DNA of 60,401 nucleotides from Candidatus Omnitrophota bacterium (GTDB lineage Bacteria; Omnitrophota; Gorgyraeia; Zapsychrales; Zapsychraceae). Below the pieces are notes generated by a model. It was not told where the DNA came from. It searched no databases and was given only the letters and a program-made list of their open reading frames with translations. Each line of letters begins with the position of its first letter. The first letter of the stretch is position 1. This document shows positions 20,102-31,085 of this stretch, one piece after another. The stretch lies in NCBI GenBank assembly GCA_030637405.1, contig DAOWGP010000052.1, positions 1 through 60,401 on the forward strand. Direction: 5' to 3'. A program made the translations under genes and the position numbers.

Positions 20102-21873
20102 TTATTCTGATTGCCCCCTTCATTACTAATGATATCCGGAGCTAGTTCCCGCAGGCGTTGTTTACTAAGTTCCCCTACTTCTTCTCCGGTAGATAATTGC
20201 AGAACCGCTTGAGCTAACTCTTGCGCATCCTTTAAACTAACACTTCGGATAAGTTTTTTGATTTGTGGGATTGATACCGGAGACATGCTGAATTCATCTA
20301 AATTTAGGCCTAACAGAACAAGCGCTAAGACCGGGTCACTTGACATTTCCCCGCATAAACCGACCGGAATATTTTCTTTATGGGCGGCATCGATGGTCCG
20401 CTTGATCAAACGTAAAATTGCCGGATGTCCGGGGTCATATAAGTCATCTGTCTGTTGATTAACACGGTCAACAGCTAAAGTATACTGAATCAGGTCATTG
20501 GTCCCGATACTGAAGAAGTCCGCTTCTTTTGCCAGCATATCCGATGTCATCGCGGCCGAAGGAACTTCAATCATAACACCTACTAATATCTTTTCATCAA
20601 ACGGGATATTCTCATCTTTGAGATTCTTCATCACTTCATGTAAGATCGCATTGGCCTGGCGGAGTTCGCTTGGGCCCGAAATCATAGGATACATCAAACG
20701 GACACGGCCAAAAGTCGACGCTCTTAAAATCGCCCGTAATTGCGTCTTGAAAATATCAGGACGCGCCAAACAAAAACGGATAGCCCGCCATCCCAAAAAT
20801 GGATACATATCGCGTGGAATCTCTAAACTGGAAATAAATTTATCACCCCCCAGATCAAGAGTCCGAATCGTTACCGTTTCTGGAGATAAAGCTTCAACAA
20901 CTTTTTTATAAGCCTCAAATTGTTCCTCCTCGCTTGGCAAGTCGACCCGGTTCATATAAAAATACTCTGACCGGAACAACCCGATCCCGTCTGCCCCTTG
21001 CTCTAACACAACCGGAATTTCCTCAGGAAGCTCCAGGTTCGCCGCCAGAACCACTTTTTGGCCATCGGTCGTCTCTGCCGGGAGATCTTTGATCACCCCA
21101 AATTGTCCCCGGAATTGGACTATCCGGCTCTTTAAGTCACGGTAGGAAGCCTTCGTTTCTTCTGTCGGATGAATAATAATCAAACCTTTGCGTCCATCGA
21201 CAATAATGTAATCCTGATTCTGTATGCGCAGGGTGGCATCTTTCAATCCCACAACAGCCGGGATCCCTAAAGTCTTAGCCATGATTGCTGTATGCGACGT
21301 CCGGCCCCCAACATCCATTACAAAAGCTTTAATATTCTTATTGTACATGCTTGCCGTATCTGAAGGTGATAAATCATGACTGACAATAACCAATTCTTCC
21401 GTTAGATTGTCTAATTCATGAAGCTTGTTTTCGTCCATCAGATTCTTCAAGATACGCCGACCGACATCGCTGACATCACCAACACGCTCGCGCAAATACT
21501 CATCCTCAATCGCCGAAAAAATCTTAATATATTTCCTTAGAACTTCCGAAAAAATATATTCCGATGATAATTTCTCCGACTTTATACGTTTAATAACTTC
21601 TTCAATAAGAACCTTGTCTTCTAATACCAATAAATGGGCATCGAAAATCTGAGCATGTTGGCTCAAGGCCTCAGAACCTATTTTCTTCTGGATCGCCAGG
21701 ATCTCTTCACGTGTTTTAATCAATGCCTCTTCAAACCGGGCGATCTCAATAGGGACTTCCTTTTCCATTACGGCTCGCGGCGGAATAATAAAGTCCTGCT
21801 TATCAAGAATAAAACTTGGGCCCTCGGCAATGCCCGACGCGGCTGGAATACCTTTTAAGATAATTTCATTCAT
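20098..21873 (-). CDS. ptsI: PEP-protein phosphotransferase (Enzyme I)
   Basis: [43 protein letters not shown]. Confidence 0.95.
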   Translation of the reverse strand: MNEIILKGIPAASGIAEGPSFILDKQDFIIPPRAVMEKEVPIEIARFEEALIKTREEILAIQKKIGSEALSQHAQIFDAHLLVLEDKVLIEEVIKRIKSEKLSSEYIFSEVLRKYIKIFSAIEDEYLRERVGDVSDVGRRILKNLMDENKLHELDNLTEELVIVSHDLSPSDTASMYNKNIKAFVMDVGGRTSHTAIMAKTLGIPAVVGLKDATLRIQNQDYIIVDGRKGLIIIHPTEETKASYRDLKSRIVQFRGQFGVIKDLPAETTDGQKVVLAANLELPEEIPVVLEQGADGIGLFRSEYFYMNRVDLPSEEEQFEAYKKVVEALSPETVTIRTLDLGGDKFISSLEIPRDMYPFLGWRAIRFCLARPDIFKTQLRAILRASTFGRVRLMYPMISGPSELRQANAILHEVMKNLKDENIPFDEKILVGVMIEVPSAAMTSDMLAKEADFFSIGTNDLIQYTLAVDRVNQQTDDLYDPGHPAILRLIKRTIDAAHKENIPVGLCGEMSSDPVLALVLLGLNLDEFSMSPVSIPQIKKLIRSVSLKDAQELAQAVLQLSTGEEVGELSKQRLRELAPDIISNEGGNQNK

Positions 21874-22139
21874 TCGATACTATCCTTTGTTAAGAGATCT
21901 TCTAACTCCGCAATAACCTTATCCGAATCCTCTCCGTCAATTTCAAGAATAACTTTTACTCCCGGCTGCACGCCAAGTGTTAATATGCCCATGATCGATT
22001 TTCCGTTGACCTTCTCGTTATCTTTTTGAATCGTCACTTCCGAATTATAGCGTGAGGCGATTTGCACAAATAATGCCGCGGGGCGCGCGTGTAACCCTTG
22101 GGCGTTATTAACAATGATTTCTTTAGTAATCTTGACCAT
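21870..22139 (-). CDS. ptsH: HPr phosphocarrier protein
   Basis: GLHARPAA and NGKSIMG motifs. Confidence 0.95.
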   Translation of the reverse strand: MVKITKEIIVNNAQGLHARPAALFVQIASRYNSEVTIQKDNEKVNGKSIMGILTLGVQPGVKVILEIDGEDSDKVIAELEDLLTKDSIE

Positions 22140-22145
22140 TGCGTA

Positions 22146-23387
22146 TTACCGCTTAATTACTCGATGAGCTTCGATCAACCGAATAATCGCTTCATTCAAT
22201 TTTGACGAATCATGACGGACATAATCCGTCACCCCCAACAAATCGGTCGCCTCGATCTTGTATCCCATCTTGCGGATCTGATCAACATCTGCCTCAACCG
22301 GGAAGGAAACTTCTTCTTCATAGCGACCCAACGCATCCTGTGAGGCCTGGGCGTTATTGATCAAACACGCATCGAGAATATCTTTATTCGCATGTTTAAC
22401 AATGGCCCTTACATGGTCACTCGCTGTATATCCATCCGTTTCGCCGTGCTGAGTCATGATATTGCACACATAAATTCTAAAAGCCCTTGACTTAGCGATT
22501 GCTTCACTGACGCCTTTGATGATCAAATTCGGGATGATACTTGTATATAGGCTTCCCGGACTCAAAATGATGACATCGGCCTCTTCGATCGCCTCCAAAG
22601 AATCTTTCGTTGGTTGCGCATCCGGATCCGTTAAATACAAATGTTTTATACGAGAGTTTGGATTAGGGATCCGGGCTTCCCCTTCTGTTTTTGTCCCATC
22701 CTCATACTCGGCAACCAAATGAACATTGCTGACCGTCGATGGAATAACTTTTCCACGGATAGCCAGAACACGGCTTGTTTCTTTGACGGCCCGCTCAAAA
22801 TCACCATCCATTAACTGCACCATTACTGTCAGGACAAGATTGCCAAAGTTGTGTCCGCGAAATTCAGAATCTTCGGGAAAACGAAATTGAAAAAGTTCTC
22901 CCATTAATGCCGGAGCATCAGCAAGCGCCACCAAACAATTGCGGATATCGCCAGGAGCAACGATATTAAATTCTTCACGTAGGCGCCCCGAGGAGCCTCC
23001 GCTATCCGCCACTGTAACGATTGCCGTAATGTTTGATGTATATTCCTTAAGACCAAAGATCAAATGTGAAAGACCATGCCCGCCGCCAATTGTCACAATT
23101 TTTGGGCCGCGTTCTAAATACCGGCGCTGATAAAGAATGTTAACAAGGTCGCGCTCGCCCTTGGGAAGAAAAAGTGTAAGCAGTGAAACAATCATCTTCC
23201 CCATACCAAGAACAATGAGAACCATCCCACATAAGATCCAGACGATCCCCAGGGTGCTAATAAACATATATGGTTCAGCCGTTAATACAGCTCCAAAACT
23301 AACGACAACCACTCCAAGCAATGCGGTGAACAGCCACCGCTTTACCTTCATGCCAGGATACAACCATTTAAAAGGATTTTTCGGCAT
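22146..23387 (-). CDS. YvcK/GlmR (CofD-like) family protein with N-terminal TM helices
   Basis: IGGGHGLS, VTVADSGGSSGRLR, PGDIRNC, GHNFGN, PGSLYTS, RHD. Confidence 0.9.
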   Translation of the reverse strand: MPKNPFKWLYPGMKVKRWLFTALLGVVVVSFGAVLTAEPYMFISTLGIVWILCGMVLIVLGMGKMIVSLLTLFLPKGERDLVNILYQRRYLERGPKIVTIGGGHGLSHLIFGLKEYTSNITAIVTVADSGGSSGRLREEFNIVAPGDIRNCLVALADAPALMGELFQFRFPEDSEFRGHNFGNLVLTVMVQLMDGDFERAVKETSRVLAIRGKVIPSTVSNVHLVAEYEDGTKTEGEARIPNPNSRIKHLYLTDPDAQPTKDSLEAIEEADVIILSPGSLYTSIIPNLIIKGVSEAIAKSRAFRIYVCNIMTQHGETDGYTASDHVRAIVKHANKDILDACLINNAQASQDALGRYEEEVSFPVEADVDQIRKMGYKIEATDLLGVTDYVRHDSSKLNEAIIRLIEAHRVIKR

Positions 23388-23389
23388 AC

Positions 23390-23866
23390 TTATAATTTAG
23401 ACAATCGTCCATCTTCCCGTTGGACAATGGCTAATATGCTTTTATCGTCTTTGGCGGCCTTCAGCGTTTCACGGATATATTTATCTTTTAATAGACGAGA
23501 AATTCTTGCCAATGCTTTAAGGTGAGGACCTGCAGAATCAACAGGTGCAATTAACAGAAAAAAGATATAAGCGGGTTCGCCGTCTAAAGAATCAAAATTG
23601 ATACCCTGTTTACTTATCCCTAAACAGCCTATCAATTTTTTCATACTACCGTATTTGCCGTGGGGAATTGCGATTCCCTGTCCGATTGCCGTCGACCCTA
23701 ACGCCTCGCGGGCCATTAAGATCTCCAAAACGTCTTTCCTGCGTTTTTTCTCGATCGAACCGGCATTAATCAGCAGATCGACTAACTCGGCAATAACATC
23801 GTCTTTCGTTGTGCTTTTAAGATCTGCCAATACGGCCTTCGTGCAGAGAAAATCACTGATCTTCAT
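23390..23866 (-). CDS. PTS EIIA (Ntr/Fru-type)
   Basis: REALGSTAIGQGIAIPHGK, FDSLDG, HLKALARISR. Confidence 0.9.
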   Translation of the reverse strand: MKISDFLCTKAVLADLKSTTKDDVIAELVDLLINAGSIEKKRRKDVLEILMAREALGSTAIGQGIAIPHGKYGSMKKLIGCLGISKQGINFDSLDGEPAYIFFLLIAPVDSAGPHLKALARISRLLKDKYIRETLKAAKDDKSILAIVQREDGRLSKL

Positions 23867-24094
23867 TCAACAATCCTCCTTGAATGACTACACAATTTAC
23901 GGAACCTGCCAGTAGCAGGCGATAATGAACGTAAACTGTAAATAGAAATTCAACCCCGCCCTTTGGACGGATTATTATACAATTAAATAAATCAGAATCG
24001 TCATCCCTCACTTCTGATTATGAAACAATCTTAGTTCGGGATAAATTTTGATTCACCTTATGTCACTTCATTCCATAAGCTGATCAAAATCTAA

Positions 24095-24168
24095 AGCGGC
24101 GGATGGGATTCGAACCCACGACATCCACCTTGGCAAGGTGGCATTCTAGCCAACTGAATTACCGCCGC
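24095..24168 (-). tRNA. tRNA-Gly(GCC), CCA not encoded
   Basis: GCGGCGG acceptor, CCACC-TTGCCAA-GGTGG anticodon arm, GGTTCGAATCCC T arm. Confidence 0.93.
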
Positions 24169-24321
24169 AGAGTTTCAAAAATATTTTGTTCTAGAAAAAC
24201 TCAAGGCGAGTACTTGTTTCCTTAAATTATCTGAAAGACAAGTGCCGCCGTAGATCTACAATAAAAAACCGATAAAAGATGTCTTCGGCGGATCTCACAA
24301 AATTGGTTCTTAAAACTTTAA

Positions 24322-24349
24322 TGGGCGGAGGAGGACTTGCAAGCTCCAT
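24322..24349 (-). repeat. Degenerate duplicate of the tRNA-Leu 3' end (att-like scar)
   Basis: ATGGAGCTTGCAAGTCCTCCTCCGCCCA vs ATGGAGGTTCAAGTCCTCTTCCGCCCA in the tRNA. Confidence 0.75.
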
Positions 24350-24516
24350 AGTTTGAGTCCGGAGCGCAGTCCCGAGTCGCCATTTATAAATTAAAGGTGA
24401 CGAGGGAAACCTCCAATCCCTTTCTTTCACGCCTTTGGCCCCTCGTGACAAATTGGTTAGCAACAATCACTCGGGACAACATACTTTTTTCCTGAATAAA
24501 TTAAATGGAAAAAGTA

Positions 24517-24601
24517 TGGTGGGCGGAAGAGGACTTGAACCTCCATGGATTTCTCCACTAGTTCCTAAGACTAGCGCGTCTACCAATTTCGCCATCCGCC
24601 C
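24517..24601 (-). tRNA. tRNA-Leu(TAG)
   Basis: GGGCGGA acceptor, CTAGT-CTTAGGA-ACTAG arm, long variable arm, ends ACCA. Confidence 0.95.
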
Positions 24602-24659
24602 CTGATCTAAAATTTTTTAGGTGCATCAAGGGCGATGCTGGTGACACCTAAAACATATA

Positions 24660-24735
24660 TGGTGGGCCACCCGCGACTCGAACGCGGCACACCTGCCTTA
24701 AAAGGGCAGTGCTCTACCGGATGAGCTAGTGGCCC
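24660..24735 (-). tRNA. tRNA-Lys(TTT)
   Basis: GGGCCAC acceptor, CTGCC-CTTTTAA-GGCAG arm, GTTCGAGT, ends ACCA. Confidence 0.95.
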
Positions 24736-24986
24736 AAGATTACAACAGATATATTCAGAAAAATCTTGGTGCCTATCCCGAGTCTCCTGTCTCCCTTTCC
24801 TTGTTACCAAAGACGAGGGACGGCCGAATACCAATAGCTTTCCAATACATCCTATCCCTCGTGACGTACACCAGAGCATGATTCACTCGGGACTTTGACC
24901 CGACTTTCGTCGGGTCTCGGAAGACATCTTTTTTCAAAGAACTAAAAAATGATTCATGGAGCCCGGTCTGTAAAGCCGTGGTACCT

Positions 24987-25273
24987 TTTTGTTTTACCCT
25001 ACTACGCTCAATGACTTCGTTTCGTTTCACGAAACTTCGTGTTGAGCTTCGTAGGGTTATCCATCCGAAAAGTCTGCGAATTATCCTTCGCTAAAGCTTC
25101 GGAGAAATTCCGCGAAGCCTTGGCAAAGCAAAACATCCTCCGAAGCAGAAGACCTTTGCTGTAGAATCCATTCGCATTCATCCACGGACATCCCTCGACT
25201 TCGCTCGGGACTCCTTCTCGAGGGATCCTGAGCTTGTCGAAGGGTGCCCGTGGTCTTCTGCGAAGAATGGATA
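24987..25273. repeat. Cluster of nested REP-like palindromes
   Basis: CCCTACTACGCTCAA...TTGAGCTTCGTAGGG; CCTTCGCTAAAGCTTCGG; CCCTCGACTTCGCTCGGGA/TCCTGAGCTTGTCGAAGGG inside GCAGAAGACC/GGTCTTCTGC. Confidence 0.7.
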
Positions 25274-25281
25274 AAATACGC

Positions 25282-25845
25282 TTAAGATATTTCCATCAAT
25301 GATTTGCTTTTTTTATCAAGCAGATCATCAATTTCTTTGATATATTTATCTGTTAACTTCTGGACGTCATCATGGGACTTAAAATAATCATCCTCGGAAA
25401 TCGCTTTATCATTTTGCAGCTTTTTTAATTTATCATTTGCGTCCCGGCGAACCGTCCGCAAAGAAACTCTCGATTTTTCTGCCATTTCCTTGACAACCTT
25501 TGCTAGCTCGCGCCTTCTCTCGTCGGACAATGGCGGAATTGACAAACGAATGATCTTCCCGTCATTGGAAGGAGTCACTCCTAAATTAGAACTTAAAATA
25601 GCTTTTTCGATTCCTGGAATCACTGTCGGATCCCACGGCTGGATCATCACTGTACGGGGATCTGGAGTTGAAACAGAAGCTAATTGCTTAAAGGGCGTCA
25701 TTGTGCCAAAATAATCGACATGTAATCCCTCGATAAGCCCGGGATGTGCCCGGCCGGTGCGAACCTCCGAAAACTCGCGCTTCGCTGACTCAATAGACTT
25801 CTTCATCTTTCCTTCAGTTTCTTTTAGAATCTCTTTCACGCTCAT
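25282..25845 (-). CDS. frr: Ribosome recycling factor (start corrected to 25845)
   Basis: VRTGRAHP, IQPWD, PPLSDERR, RTVRRDAN; AAGGAG RBS. Confidence 0.95.
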   Translation of the reverse strand: MSVKEILKETEGKMKKSIESAKREFSEVRTGRAHPGLIEGLHVDYFGTMTPFKQLASVSTPDPRTVMIQPWDPTVIPGIEKAILSSNLGVTPSNDGKIIRLSIPPLSDERRRELAKVVKEMAEKSRVSLRTVRRDANDKLKKLQNDKAISEDDYFKSHDDVQKLTDKYIKEIDDLLDKKSKSLMEIS

Positions 25846-25855
25846 TTTTCGCTCC

Positions 25856-26575
25856 TTACTGAACGATTGTTCCGATTTTTTCCCCAAGAACAACTTTTTT
25901 AATATTACCTTTTTTCAGCAAACTAAAAACAATAATCGGCATATTGTGCTCCATACACATGCTAATTGCCGTCGCATCCATAACCTTTAGATTTTTTTTC
26001 AGCGCATCTATGAATTTAATTTCATTATATTTTTTAGCGTTCTTGAACTTAACCGGGTCCGCAGAATAAATACCATCAACCTTGGTTGCCTTTAGGATAA
26101 CATCGGAATTTAACTCCTTGGCTCGCAAAGCTGCCGCGGTATCCGTCGTAAAATAAGGATTCCCGGTGCCAGCCACAAAGATCACAACACGGTTTTTTTC
26201 CAAATGGCGCAACGCTCTTCTACGGATATACGGCTCAGCAACGGCTGACATCTGAATGGCCGTCATAACGCGCGTTGGAACGCCTCTTTGCTCCAAAGCA
26301 TTCTGCAAGGCAAGACCGTTCAGAACCGTCGCCAGCATCCCCATGTAATCCGCAACGGACTGATCCAGCCCAAAACGCTTCGACTCAACCTGCCCCCGGA
26401 AAAAATTGCCAGCACCTACAACAAGAGCGACTTTCGTGCCAAGGGCGCGAACGTCCTTGATCTGCGCGGCAAAAGAAGCGCAAACCTCAGCATCAATGCC
26501 ATGGTCTTGGCCTCCAAGCAAGGCTTCTCCGCTAAGCTTAAGAAGAATACTTTTATAGATGGGTTTTTTACTCAA
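25856..26575 (-). CDS. pyrH: UMP kinase
   Basis: [39 protein letters not shown]. Confidence 0.96.
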   Translation of the reverse strand: MSKKPIYKSILLKLSGEALLGGQDHGIDAEVCASFAAQIKDVRALGTKVALVVGAGNFFRGQVESKRFGLDQSVADYMGMLATVLNGLALQNALEQRGVPTRVMTAIQMSAVAEPYIRRRALRHLEKNRVVIFVAGTGNPYFTTDTAAALRAKELNSDVILKATKVDGIYSADPVKFKNAKKYNEIKFIDALKKNLKVMDATAISMCMEHNMPIIVFSLLKKGNIKKVVLGEKIGTIVQ

Positions 26576-27098
26576 CTTCGTTTACCTTGTACCGGATAAA
26601 ACGGCTGACAAAAATATTTTCCCCAATACTGGAAATTAATTCATTAATGCAGTCCCGGATCGTCTTCTTGGGGTCCCTAACAAACGGCTGTTCGTTAAGG
26701 CATTTCTCCTTAATGAACGCCTCTTTATCTTTCTCTTCGGCTAAGACACCCTCAGGAACATCTTCCTTTTTGACATACTTCGGATTAGCTGCCGCAATGT
26801 GCATCGCAACATTTTTCGTAAATTTACAGAAGTTCTCATTCTTCGCAACAAAATCGGTTTCGCAATTGACCTCAACAATAACACCAATCTTTGCCCCTTG
26901 GTGAATATAGGTCTCGATGCGGCCTTCTTTGGCGGTTCGCCCTCCTTTTTTCGCCGCTAACTCAAGCCCTCTTTTCTGGAGGATCTTTTTAGCTTTGTCC
27001 ATATCACCGCCCGCCTCTTCAAGGGCATTCTTACATTCGATGACACCGCAGGAAGTCATCTCACGCAGCTCTTTAATCGTATCAACTGTTATTTCCAT
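26568..27098 (-). CDS. tsf: Elongation factor Ts, short form (start corrected to 27098)
   Basis: [24 protein letters not shown]; 176 aa; AAGGA RBS. Confidence 0.93.
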   Translation of the reverse strand: MEITVDTIKELREMTSCGVIECKNALEEAGGDMDKAKKILQKRGLELAAKKGGRTAKEGRIETYIHQGAKIGVIVEVNCETDFVAKNENFCKFTKNVAMHIAAANPKYVKKEDVPEGVLAEEKDKEAFIKEKCLNEQPFVRDPKKTIRDCINELISSIGENIFVSRFIRYKVNEVE

Positions 27099-27150
27099 AA
27101 AATCTATCCTTTCTACAATCGTATCTATATCACAACGATATATATTGTTC

Positions 27151-27966
27151 TTAATTTTCTGAAGGTGTTGGAGCCGTAGGAGCTTTTTCATCGACAACAG
27201 AATCTGTCTCTGCAGTGGCATTGTTGACAGACGCGTCCTGCTTTTGCGCGGATTGCTTCTTAATTGTTTCGCTCGAAATAAATTCTTTCTGGCCTTCCCG
27301 GAAACTCTCTGCAACTAAATTCGTAATAATCCGGATGGATTTAAGAGCATCATCATTACCAGGAATCGGATAATCAATAAGATCAGGATCGCAATTTGTG
27401 TCGATAATCGCAATAATCGGAATACCAAGCTTATAGGCTTCTCGAACAGCAATATCTTCTTTCTTGGGATCAACAACAAAAACCGCCTGCGGCATTTCCT
27501 TCATTTCACGAACACCACCAAAATTAAAAAGAAGCTTCTCTCTCTCCTTTGTCAGGCTGGCAATTTCCTTCTTTTTTAAGTTTTCCAAAATACCATTTTC
27601 CTGCATTTGCTCGATCTCTTTGAGACGGTCAAGAGATTTTCGTACCGTTTTGAAATTTGTCAAAAGACCGCCTGACCACCGGTTTCTAACAAAAAACATT
27701 TCGGATTTAACGGCCTCCGCCTCTACGATCATTTGAGATTGTTTTTTGGTTCCAATGAACAGAACTTTCCCGCCTCTAGCCGCAATATCACGTATAAAGT
27801 CTCTTGCCTCATTGAGGCACTGGACTGTTTTTTCTAAATCAATGATATAAATCCCACTTCTTTGCCCAAAAATAAATTTTTTCATTTTTGGACTCCACCG
27901 CTTGGTTTGATGTCCAAAATGAACCCCTGCTTCCAACAGTTTCTTGATCAATTCTTCTACCATCAT
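27151..27966 (-). CDS. rpsB: 30S ribosomal protein S2
   Basis: [26 protein letters not shown]. Confidence 0.97.
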   Translation of the reverse strand: MMVEELIKKLLEAGVHFGHQTKRWSPKMKKFIFGQRSGIYIIDLEKTVQCLNEARDFIRDIAARGGKVLFIGTKKQSQMIVEAEAVKSEMFFVRNRWSGGLLTNFKTVRKSLDRLKEIEQMQENGILENLKKKEIASLTKEREKLLFNFGGVREMKEMPQAVFVVDPKKEDIAVREAYKLGIPIIAIIDTNCDPDLIDYPIPGNDDALKSIRIITNLVAESFREGQKEFISSETIKKQSAQKQDASVNNATAETDSVVDEKAPTAPTPSEN

Positions 27967-28067
27967 TCCTCCGTTTTTAGTTCAATTTTATGTTACTTTT
28001 TATGCTTGATAGGTTTAGGCAGCATAAGTTCCCATAAAATTGTTATTAATTATTAAATAGTTTTCGT

Positions 28068-28096
28068 AGTATAACCAATAACTGTTTTTTTTGCAA
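28068..28096 (-). promoter_or_regulatory. Putative sigma70 promoter of rpsB-tsf-pyrH-frr
   Basis: TTGCAA-17 bp-TATACT. Confidence 0.55.
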
Positions 28097-28223
28097 CTAT
28101 TTCTTTTAACAACTTTTTCTCTTCAGTTTTTCACAAAAATGCGGCGATTTTGCCCAAAAACCGGCGATTTTTGATTACGTCTGCCCATCATCCATTTAGT
28201 AGATGACGAGGTCTCATCGAGAA

Positions 28224-30023
28224 TTAATTTTCGATGGAAAATTGCATTTCATAAAGCCTTTTATACAACGGACATGTTTCCAGTAACTGTTCATGAGGGC
28301 CAATGCCAACAATCTGTCCACGCTCTAAACACACGATTTTATCCGCTTTCTTTATGGTGGATAATCTATGGGCTATAGCAATAACCGTCCGTCCCTGCAT
28401 CAATTGGTCCAAAGCTTCCTGTACATATTTTTCTGATTCGGAGTCTAGCTGTGAAGTCGCCTCGTCCAAAATCAGAATGGGTGGATTCTTTAGGATCGCC
28501 CGGGCGATAGAAATGCGTTGCTTTTCCCCTCCTGATAAGCGGAAACCGCGATCACCGATCATCGTCTCATACCCTTTCGGCATTTTTTCAATAAACCGGT
28601 GCGCAAAAGCCTTTTTAGCAACAGCCTCGATTTCTCCTTGCGTTGCTTCCGGATACCCATAAGAAATATTCGATTTGACCGAATCATTGAACAAAATAGA
28701 TTCCTGGGTCACAATGCCGATCTGATTTCTCAACGATCGAAAAGTCACATCTTTTAAATCAACACCATCCATTTTAACCGTACCGCTTGTCGGGTCATAA
28801 AAGCGCGGGATCAGATTGGCTAACGTTGTTTTACCTGTGCCTGTTGGACCAACAATAGCAACGATCTCACCTTTTTTCACTTCTAGAGTGATACCCTTTA
28901 ATACAACCCCCGATTCTTGCGCATAGTGAAAATCGGCATTCTCAATGCGGATCGACTCAGACATTTCTTTTAATTGGCTGGCATCCGCCTTTTCCACTAC
29001 CGTCGGCTCAGCATCCAGCACTTCATAAACACGTTCGCTCGCCGCAAGAGCCTGTTGCGTTAACGCGTTCACATTGCCCAACTTTTTAATCGGACTGATA
29101 ATCGACATGATCGACCCGAAGAATAGGATAAAAACACCAAATGACATTTCATCAGCCATCACGCTATGACCCAGCCATAAAATAACACCCACGCCGCACA
29201 TAGCACCAAAAATCTCCGTTATCGGCGAGATAATAATAAGCCGTTTGATCGACTTCATGCGCAGCTTATAATAATCATGATTCTTCCCCTTAAAACGCTT
29301 TGTTTCATATTCCTCGGTACCAAATGCCTTAACAAGTTTAACGCCTGAGATCGTCTCAAGCAGGAGCGTATTGATGTCGGCCATCTTCTCCTGAGTTCCC
29401 TTAGAGATCTTACGTAACCTCTTGCCGATCTTGCTCAACGGAAAACCGATTAAGGGAAAAACACCAAAAATAATAAACGCCGCTTTCGGATTAATAGAAA
29501 AAGCGACAGCCGTAAACATAATAATCATAAATGTTTGCCGAAAAAGATCGGTTAAACCGTATGACAGAGCATTCTCGACGACATTAACGTCATGTGTAAT
29601 GCGGGATATAAGTTCGCCGGTCCTCTTTTCACTGAAGTAATCAAGGGAAAGATTCTGAATACGCTCATACAGGCGATAGCGGAGGTCCCTCATAACACGT
29701 TGGGAAACATCGCTCATCAAGTATTGAAAGGCGAATGTGAAAATATGCTTTAGCAAAAGCCCGGCCATGACCACAATGGGGAATATCCAAAAGAATGTAG
29801 TCGGCTCAATCGCATTAAGCTTATCGATCCCCCCCTGGATAAAGTCGGGAAGGTCGTTCGCAACCATGATCTTCTTGTTGTTAAAGATGCGATCGGTCAT
29901 GGGAACCATCAGAGATAGCTGGAATACTTCAAAGAAACTGGCAATAAACATGTTCAGGACAGCTATGGAGAATAGCTTCCTGTGCCCCTTTAAAAAGTGA
30001 AGAAGTTTGATGTAATTTCTCAT
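28224..30023 (-). CDS. msbA: MsbA-like ABC exporter (TMD+NBD)
   Basis: GPTGTGKTT, LSGGEKQR, LDEATS, IAHRLST; adjacent to lpxB; start 30023 or 30044. Confidence 0.8.
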   Translation of the reverse strand: MRNYIKLLHFLKGHRKLFSIAVLNMFIASFFEVFQLSLMVPMTDRIFNNKKIMVANDLPDFIQGGIDKLNAIEPTTFFWIFPIVVMAGLLLKHIFTFAFQYLMSDVSQRVMRDLRYRLYERIQNLSLDYFSEKRTGELISRITHDVNVVENALSYGLTDLFRQTFMIIMFTAVAFSINPKAAFIIFGVFPLIGFPLSKIGKRLRKISKGTQEKMADINTLLLETISGVKLVKAFGTEEYETKRFKGKNHDYYKLRMKSIKRLIIISPITEIFGAMCGVGVILWLGHSVMADEMSFGVFILFFGSIMSIISPIKKLGNVNALTQQALAASERVYEVLDAEPTVVEKADASQLKEMSESIRIENADFHYAQESGVVLKGITLEVKKGEIVAIVGPTGTGKTTLANLIPRFYDPTSGTVKMDGVDLKDVTFRSLRNQIGIVTQESILFNDSVKSNISYGYPEATQGEIEAVAKKAFAHRFIEKMPKGYETMIGDRGFRLSGGEKQRISIARAILKNPPILILDEATSQLDSESEKYVQEALDQLMQGRTVIAIAHRLSTIKKADKIVCLERGQIVGIGPHEQLLETCPLYKRLYEMQFSIEN

Positions 30024-30049
30024 AAGTTCACGAAATCGTAGCATATCAA

Positions 30050-30078
30050 TTGACTTTTGTCGAGGGATTTGTTATTGT
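30050..30078 (+). promoter_or_regulatory. Putative sigma70 promoter for oxidoreductase-lpxB
   Basis: TTGACT-17 bp-TATTGT with extended -10 TG. Confidence 0.5.
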
Positions 30079-30146
30079 TAACATCACTAGAATAAAATGA
30101 ATTAGAATATTAATAATAATATTCGGATATTAACACAGAAAGAGCT

Positions 30147-31085
30147 ATGGAAAAAATCAAGATCGGAGTTGTAGGTATTGGCCATTTAGGTTCACGGCAC
30201 CTTAAAGTTTACAGCGAATTGCCGGAAAAAGTTGAGATTGTAGGAGCTTGTGACCTTCACGCCGAACGGGCAGAGAAAATTGCCCGCCAATATAACGCGC
30301 CGTTTATGACTGACTACGAGAAATTTATTGGAAATGTCAACGCGGTCAATATCTGCACACCAACAGAATCCCACTATGAGATCGCAAAGTTCTTCCTGGA
30401 GAACAATATTCACGCATTTATTGAAAAACCGATCACAACAACCGTAGACCAGGCTGATGAGATCATTTCCCTTGCCAAAAAAAATAATCTTAAATTGCAG
30501 ATTGGCCACATCGAGCGCTTTAATTCAGCATTCACATCGATCAAGCACTTTACACACAATCCCCTTTTTATCGAATGTCATCGTTTGAACCATTTCCCCA
30601 ACCGCTCGCTCGATATCGGGGTTGTTATGGATCTGATGATCCACGATATTGATATTATCTTAGGGCTCATCGCCTCGCCGATCAAAGATATCCAGGCCAT
30701 CGGTGTCAACATCTTAACACCTCTTGAAGACATCGCAAGTGTCCGTATTACATTTGAGAATGGATGTGTCTGCAATCTCACCGCCAGCCGCGTCTCCGAT
30801 GAAGTCATGCGCAAAATCCGTCTTTTCCAAAAAGATACATACATTTCTCTTGATTATGTGAAACAAGAAGCATTCATTTACAAAAAACATCAAAGACAAA
30901 TTCTTAAGCACAGCCTTCCGATCGAGAGAGAAGAGCCCCTGATGAAAGAGCTCGAACACTTTATCGACTGCGTTGCCGAGGATAAAAAACCCCTTATCTC
31001 GGGGGCCGAAGGCCGTGAAGCCTTAACGGTTGCCCTTGAAATCAGCAGGAAAATATGGGAAGCACACCAAAACATCTCGTCGTAG
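30147..31085 (+). CDS. Gfo/Idh/MocA oxidoreductase, GnnA-like
   Basis: GVVGIGHLG, EKP, GHIERFN, DLMIHDID; overlaps the lpxB ORF. Confidence 0.85.
   Translation: MEKIKIGVVGIGHLGSRHLKVYSELPEKVEIVGACDLHAERAEKIARQYNAPFMTDYEKFIGNVNAVNICTPTESHYEIAKFFLENNIHAFIEKPITTTVDQADEIISLAKKNNLKLQIGHIERFNSAFTSIKHFTHNPLFIECHRLNHFPNRSLDIGVVMDLMIHDIDIILGLIASPIKDIQAIGVNILTPLEDIASVRITFENGCVCNLTASRVSDEVMRKIRLFQKDTYISLDYVKQEAFIYKKHQRQILKHSLPIEREEPLMKELEHFIDCVAEDKKPLISGAEGREALTVALEISRKIWEAHQNISS

Noticed and set aside
24955-24990. CGGT-CTGTAAA-GCCG resembling a tRNA-Tyr anticodon arm
   Set aside because: No D arm, T arm or acceptor stem around it
24227-25030. ORFs of 79-90 aa in the tRNA region
   Set aside because: They overlap tRNAs and palindromic repeats and are not protein-like
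27099-27314. N-terminal extension of EF-Ts in the ORF track
   Set aside because: Overlaps rpsB; RBS and homology support ATG 27098
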